NCBI GenBank assembly: GCA_016182235.1
Contig: JACOXT010000003.1
Location: 451,488 to 515,487 of the forward strand
Direction: 5' to 3'
DNA: 64,000 bases
Origin: Candidatus Levyibacteriota bacterium
GTDB lineage: Bacteria; Patescibacteriota; Microgenomatia; Levybacterales; UBA12049
Made by a program: the position numbers and the translations under genes. Positions 59,570 to 64,000 of this stretch are shown here, piece by piece. The first letter of the stretch is position 1; each line of letters starts with the position of its first letter. The notes below the pieces were generated by a model. That model saw nothing but the letters and a program-made list of their open reading frames with translations. It was not told the origin of the DNA and did no database searches.

Positions 59570-60595
59570 TCATTCATAATCCTTGCAAGATGGAATTACA
59601 CCTTTATAACCTTGTTCAAACTTTATAGTTTCCGCTGATAAACAAGCATTATAAATACTTTCTTGAACTGCTTTAGCGGCGGCATTACCTACTACATCAA
59701 CGCTAAATAGTGGCCAGCCGGGGGTTTCCCAGCTTTTACCATTTTTGTTAAGGAGATTCTTATTTTCTTCTGTAGAAAAGACAAAAACAGTGTCGCCATC
59801 AACTGATGTGTGGACAGGATTGATAGCTCTTATTTGGCCATGCGTAGCCATGTGAGCAACTCTTTCATAGTTTTCTCTAGTTTTTAGGTCTATATTCATT
59901 CCAACAATATTAATGGTGGTATTTGTTTTCGATGTTACAAATTCTGAAGTTTCGTCAAACACCTTAAACTTTTTCTTTTCGTCTCTATTTCCTGCAAGTA
60001 TTGTGCCGTCTTCTTTAACAACGTTTCCTAAAGCATTGACTACCGATAAAGCACAAATCATTGATCCACCACCTAAATCAATGCGGGCAGAACCTACGCC
60101 CGATTTCATTCCGCCATTCTTTTTTCCCATTTCCAAGTATTGAAACTTACCAACTGCTGTTCCGGTTCCTGCTCCTACATTTCCATTGGCTACTGGATCG
60201 ACTGATAAATTTTCAAATGCTTCTCTTCCGAATTTAGGGTCAAAATTTTGGCCAAGATCTACACCTAAATCAAACACGATAGCTCCTCTTATGACTGGAT
60301 TGATAATTTTTCCATCAGGAGAACCTATTTTATTTTCGATCATAGCCTGCATAATTTCAGATGCAGACATTAACCCTGTCAAACTTCCGCCAGCAATAAA
60401 TATTCCGTTGCTTCGGTAAAAACTCATTCCACTTTTAAGAATCTCTGTATTAAATGTTCCTGGAGCGCCTCCGTACGATTTATAAGCGGTGGGGTACCAA
60501 TCGTCGAACATAACAAGCGTGCAGCCGGTGAGTTTGTCTAAATGAGTAGAGTGTCCAACCTTTACACCTTTTAGTGCTGTAAGAGTTTTATTCAT
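59570..60595 (-). CDS. P1/S58 (DmpA-like) peptidase
   Basis: GVKVGH, LTGCT, GGAPGT, GNVGAGTG, KSGVGS, VNALG, NTTI, DGDTVF. Confidence 0.9.
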   Translation of the reverse strand: MNKTLTALKGVKVGHSTHLDKLTGCTLVMFDDWYPTAYKSYGGAPGTFNTEILKSGMSFYRSNGIFIAGGSLTGLMSASEIMQAMIENKIGSPDGKIINPVIRGAIVFDLGVDLGQNFDPKFGREAFENLSVDPVANGNVGAGTGTAVGKFQYLEMGKKNGGMKSGVGSARIDLGGGSMICALSVVNALGNVVKEDGTILAGNRDEKKKFKVFDETSEFVTSKTNTTINIVGMNIDLKTRENYERVAHMATHGQIRAINPVHTSVDGDTVFVFSTEENKNLLNKNGKSWETPGWPLFSVDVVGNAAAKAVQESIYNACLSAETIKFEQGYKGVIPSCKDYE

Positions 60596-60651
60596 ATCTT
60601 CTAAGTTCGATTATATAACAAAAGCTGAGAGAAAGTTTATCGAAACGTACA

Positions 60652-60688
60652 TGGGGACCATTTTGGGGACCATTTTGGGGATGGTCCT
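60652..60688. repeat. 12-bp tandem repeat ending in ggggatggtcct
   Basis: tggggacca ttttggggacca ttttggggatggtcct. Confidence 0.8.
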
Positions 60689-60898
60689 CAGAGCGATTGA
60701 TTTAACAATCCAGACTAATCATAGATTTGAGATATAACTCCACTTTGATAAAATTAGCCGATTGGAATAATTGTCAACAATTTGGCTTTGATTTTATGAA
60801 TAATATTAAATGTTTTGAAACATTTAATCTAATTCATAATTTCTCATATTTTATTTTATTGAATAGCATGGTAGAATCTAAGGCGTTGAAAATTAACA

Positions 60899-61957
60899 AT
60901 GAATGTTTTATTTTTATCTCGCTTATTTTATCCCCATATTGGAGGTGTCGAGAAGCACGTTTTGGAAATAAGTAAGATTTTGGTTGAAAAAGGACACAAA
61001 ATAACAATTATTACAGAACAATACTCAAGAGACCTTCCGAAAGAAGAAGATTTTAACGGAATTAGAGTATTAAGAATATTTACAGGACAAGACGATTGGT
61101 TTAAGAAATTTAGAATCTGGAAAGAATTGTTTAAATTAAAAAAACTAATCAGAAATGCTAGCATAGTCCATTGTCACGATGTGTTTTTTTGGTACTTCCC
61201 ATTTCTTTTTTTATACCCCAAGAAAAAAGTATATGTGACATTTCATGGGTATGAAGATTACCCGATTCCCAAAAAGGCGGTATTGGTAAGAAGACTCTCT
61301 GAAAAATTATCTAAGGGAAATATATGTATTGGAGACTTTATGAAAAAATGGTATGGAACAGAACCAACATTTGTGACATACGGAGGGGTTGACAAATATC
61401 AAATATCAAACATTAAATATCAAAAAGATGAGAGATTAAAAGATCCAAATTCTGCAGTCTTTGTTGGCAGATTGGATGAGCAGACAGGAATAAAAACTTA
61501 TTTGAAAGCTTTTAAGATGATAAAGAAGAAAATTAAAAATTTTAAATTATTGGTGGTAGGAGACGGTAAATTCAAAAAACATATTGTTAAAAATGTTCGA
61601 GGAGTAGGTTTTCAGTTGAACCCAGAAAAATATATTAGAGAATACCGATTTGCATTTGTTTCTCGCTATCTATCAATTCTTGAAGCCTTTGTCTCAAAAA
61701 GACTAGTCTTTGCCGTTTACGATAACCCTTTGAAGGAAGATTATCTTAAAATGTCTCCATTTGCGAAATATATAATTGTTGCCAGAAATTCAAAAAAACT
61801 TTCGGACGCAGTTTTTTACTTTTTAAACAATCCGAATGAAGAGAAAAAAATGCTAAACAAAGCGTATAATTGGGTTAATAAGCAGACATGGGAAAAAGTG
61901 ACAGACACATATTTGAATCTTTGGGGTTTCAAGACAGAAAATATAATTTTTCCTTGA
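60899..61957 (+). CDS. GT4 glycosyltransferase
   Basis: FYPHIGGVEKH, VTFHG, FVGRLDEQTG, SILEAF; heptamer array 61394-61424 after YGGVD. Confidence 0.88.
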   Translation: MNVLFLSRLFYPHIGGVEKHVLEISKILVEKGHKITIITEQYSRDLPKEEDFNGIRVLRIFTGQDDWFKKFRIWKELFKLKKLIRNASIVHCHDVFFWYFPFLFLYPKKKVYVTFHGYEDYPIPKKAVLVRRLSEKLSKGNICIGDFMKKWYGTEPTFVTYGGVDKYQISNIKYQKDERLKDPNSAVFVGRLDEQTGIKTYLKAFKMIKKKIKNFKLLVVGDGKFKKHIVKNVRGVGFQLNPEKYIREYRFAFVSRYLSILEAFVSKRLVFAVYDNPLKEDYLKMSPFAKYIIVARNSKKLSDAVFYFLNNPNEEKKMLNKAYNWVNKQTWEKVTDTYLNLWGFKTENIIFP

Positions 61958-61982
61958 TAATATTGACTTTTATAGATATAGA

Positions 61983-62777
61983 ATGAGAGTAAAAACTGAA
62001 GAATATTTTAGGAGATATTTGAGAATTTCTCCGCTTTGTGTTGCTCTTTGGAGATCTGTTGAGGCAAAACATTTATCAAAAGTTAAGCTAAATCGCCCGA
62101 TTCTTGATATTGGCTGTGGATGGGGAGAGTTTGCAGAGGCGTTTGGAAAGAAAATTGATATGGGTATCGACATCGCGCCACGCGACCTATATGTTGCTTC
62201 AAAAGGAAAAATGTATAAAAATTTAACTCTTGCTGATGCACGAGCTTTGCCGTTTGCAGACGAAAGCTTCGGATCTATAATCTCCATAAGTACATTTGAA
62301 CATATTCCAAACGAAAAAAAACTTTTAAAAGAAATGTATAGAGTACTAAAGCCCAATGGAGTTATTGCTATAACAATGGAAACAGAAGATGTGGATAAAA
62401 ATACTTTCTATAGGCCAATGTTGCGAAAGATTGGCCTTTCATTTTTAAGTGATTTTTTGACATGGGCATATAATACAAAGTTCCATAGACATAATTTGCC
62501 TTCGAAAGAAAAATGGTTAAGCGACTTTAAAAAGACAGGCTTTCAAATAGTTCAGGCCCGCGATATAATCTCTCCAACAATTACAAAACTTTATGATTTT
62601 TTTATTCTCACAGCCTGGCCGGCTCAACTTTTCCGTCCGTTTATTGGAAAAAGGAAAGTATTTAGGCCAAGATTTACAGAAGATTTACTTGTGAAAATAT
62701 TCTTGAGATACGTTGAGGAAGATGAAAAAATAGGGACCAATTTATTTATTGTGGCAAAAAAACCTTCAAGTGCTTAA
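61983..62777 (+). CDS. Class I SAM-dependent methyltransferase
   Basis: ILDIGCGWG, ADARALPF, STFEHIP, YRVLKPNG. Confidence 0.9.
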   Translation: MRVKTEEYFRRYLRISPLCVALWRSVEAKHLSKVKLNRPILDIGCGWGEFAEAFGKKIDMGIDIAPRDLYVASKGKMYKNLTLADARALPFADESFGSIISISTFEHIPNEKKLLKEMYRVLKPNGVIAITMETEDVDKNTFYRPMLRKIGLSFLSDFLTWAYNTKFHRHNLPSKEKWLSDFKKTGFQIVQARDIISPTITKLYDFFILTAWPAQLFRPFIGKRKVFRPRFTEDLLVKIFLRYVEEDEKIGTNLFIVAKKPSSA

Positions 62778-63610
62778 GACCATTTTCTTCCTTCCAGGAG
62801 AGTTTGTTTTACGAAAAGGTAAATTTCCATAAGTCCTTTTTTAATATTTCCTCTATATAATATAAAAAGTGTAACAGGATTGACCTCAATTGTTACTGAT
62901 CCTTTCCACTTTTTCTTATTTAACCATAAAAGCTGCTCTTCAGCGAGTGAATTTTCATGTTTAGTTATTTTCTTTAATCCATTTATTCCAATAAAAGTTA
63001 GCTGAATACATTTGATTTTTTTAACCCCTATCCAATTCCAAAATTTCTGCCAACTATTAAATCCGTAGTTTTTTGCCCACCTTAATGATTGATCATCCCG
63101 ACAGTCAACGACAACATTATGAGTCTCATCTTTCATCCAAATTTTTAATTTTTTAGGATTTATAGAGGTACCAATTATTTCATATAAAATTCCTCCAGGG
63201 AATTCTTTTCCTTGATTGTCTTTTGTCCAATTGTCTGAAATGTCATGCACCGTAACGGGAATATTTAAGTTTTGGGTTAATAATTCAATAAGGTTATTCG
63301 ATTCTCTGACTTTTGGGAAAAGCAAAAATCGAAGCATTATAAAAAACAAAGATGAAATAAAGCCTATCCCATACTCTTCGTCGTGTCCTACATCAAGACG
63401 CCAACTTTGATGCACGTTCTTTACATAACTCATCTCTACGTCATTTCTAAAAGCATTTTGCCTGTATGACTTGAGCAGTTCAGAAGTGATGCGTTTAAAC
63501 GGAACGAGTTCTATTCCATCAAGGCCAGTTTCTTTTGCTAACTTTATGGATTGTTTTGTGTTTAACCAGGGAATACTTCCTCCGGATAGATAAATATTAC
63601 ATTTATTCAT
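62774..63610 (-). CDS. Hypothetical protein, possible xylose-isomerase-like TIM barrel
   Basis: AKETGLDGIEL, VHQSW, WKGSVTIEV. Confidence 0.55.
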   Translation of the reverse strand: MNKCNIYLSGGSIPWLNTKQSIKLAKETGLDGIELVPFKRITSELLKSYRQNAFRNDVEMSYVKNVHQSWRLDVGHDEEYGIGFISSLFFIMLRFLLFPKVRESNNLIELLTQNLNIPVTVHDISDNWTKDNQGKEFPGGILYEIIGTSINPKKLKIWMKDETHNVVVDCRDDQSLRWAKNYGFNSWQKFWNWIGVKKIKCIQLTFIGINGLKKITKHENSLAEEQLLWLNKKKWKGSVTIEVNPVTLFILYRGNIKKGLMEIYLFVKQTLLEGRKWS

Positions 63611-63662
63611 AGTACGGTATTTATTGAATATTTGATATTATTATGATATCTTCATTGAATAT

Positions 63663-64000
63663 ATGAAGAGTATACCAGTATCAGGACCATTGTTCTCTGG
63701 AAATGAAATTAAATATGTCACCGATTGCATTACAACATCGTGGGTTTCAACAGGAAAATATATAACAAAATTCGAAAAAAAATTTGCGCGATTTTGTAAT
63801 TCATCGTATGCTCTTACGACTTCAAGCGGAACATCATCTCTCCATCTTACGCTTCTTGCATTAGGTATTAAACCAGGAGATGAAGTTATGATCCCTGACT
63901 TAACTTATGTTTCTACAGCAAATGCAATAAAGTACGTTGGGGCTACGCCCGTTTTTGTTGAGGTAGATAAAGACATATGGTCAATTGATCCTGAGGAGCT
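63663..64000 (+). CDS. DegT/DnrJ/EryC1/StrS aminotransferase (perosamine synthase-like), 3'-truncated by window edge
   Basis: Translated by hand (absent from ORF track): SWVSTGKYITKFE, TSSGTSSLHL, GIKPGDEVMIPDLTYVSTANA..GATPVFVEVD. Confidence 0.9.
   Translation, partial: MKSIPVSGPLFSGNEIKYVTDCITTSWVSTGKYITKFEKKFARFCNSSYALTTSSGTSSLHLTLLALGIKPGDEVMIPDLTYVSTANAIKYVGATPVFVEVDKDIWSIDPEE

Noticed and set aside
41374-60688. Short repeats as a CRISPR array
   Set aside because: 12-bp tandem units without unique spacers; no cas genes in the window
59394-60700. tRNA-Val as an integration site
   Set aside because: No duplicated tRNA 3' end or integrase found in the window
1819-63410. Numerous short ORFs in the six-frame track overlapping recognised genes (e.g. 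29780-30349, 47191-47784, 38377-38871, 25818-26273)
   Set aside because: Antisense or off-frame shadows of well-supported genes with no motifs of their own

Overview
AT-rich bacterial chromosome segment. Gene content (alpha2-type GlyRS, eukaryote-like IleRS, DUF4012, archaeal-type GlmU, reduced dcw cluster) suggests a Patescibacteria/CPR genome, probably Microgenomates (inference). Layout: cell-surface glycosylation cluster (1-17.9 kb); recO and glyQS; a dcw/mur cluster (mraZ to ftsZ) interrupted twice, by an SF2 helicase with 8 tandem HTH-like repeats and by a defence-type island downstream of glmS (M41-like peptidase, type IIG R-M, SIR2-like protein, KilA-N relic); a frameshifted MshC-like ligase beside a PIG-L deacetylase; ileS, rodA, rplU, rpmA, parB, lepB, tRNA-Val(CAC); start of a second sugar locus. 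The most striking signal is sub-gene scale. Heptamer tandem repeats and several families of 21-33 bp GC-rich palindromic micro-elements are inserted in frame in many genes, including murE, murG and ileS. They are often nested in one another and repeatedly hit the GT-B inter-domain linker. Zig-zag hairpin elements duplicate ATGA at gene junctions, and a synonymously recoded second copy of the GlmS C-terminus follows glmS. All calls come from reading motifs; no database search was run.
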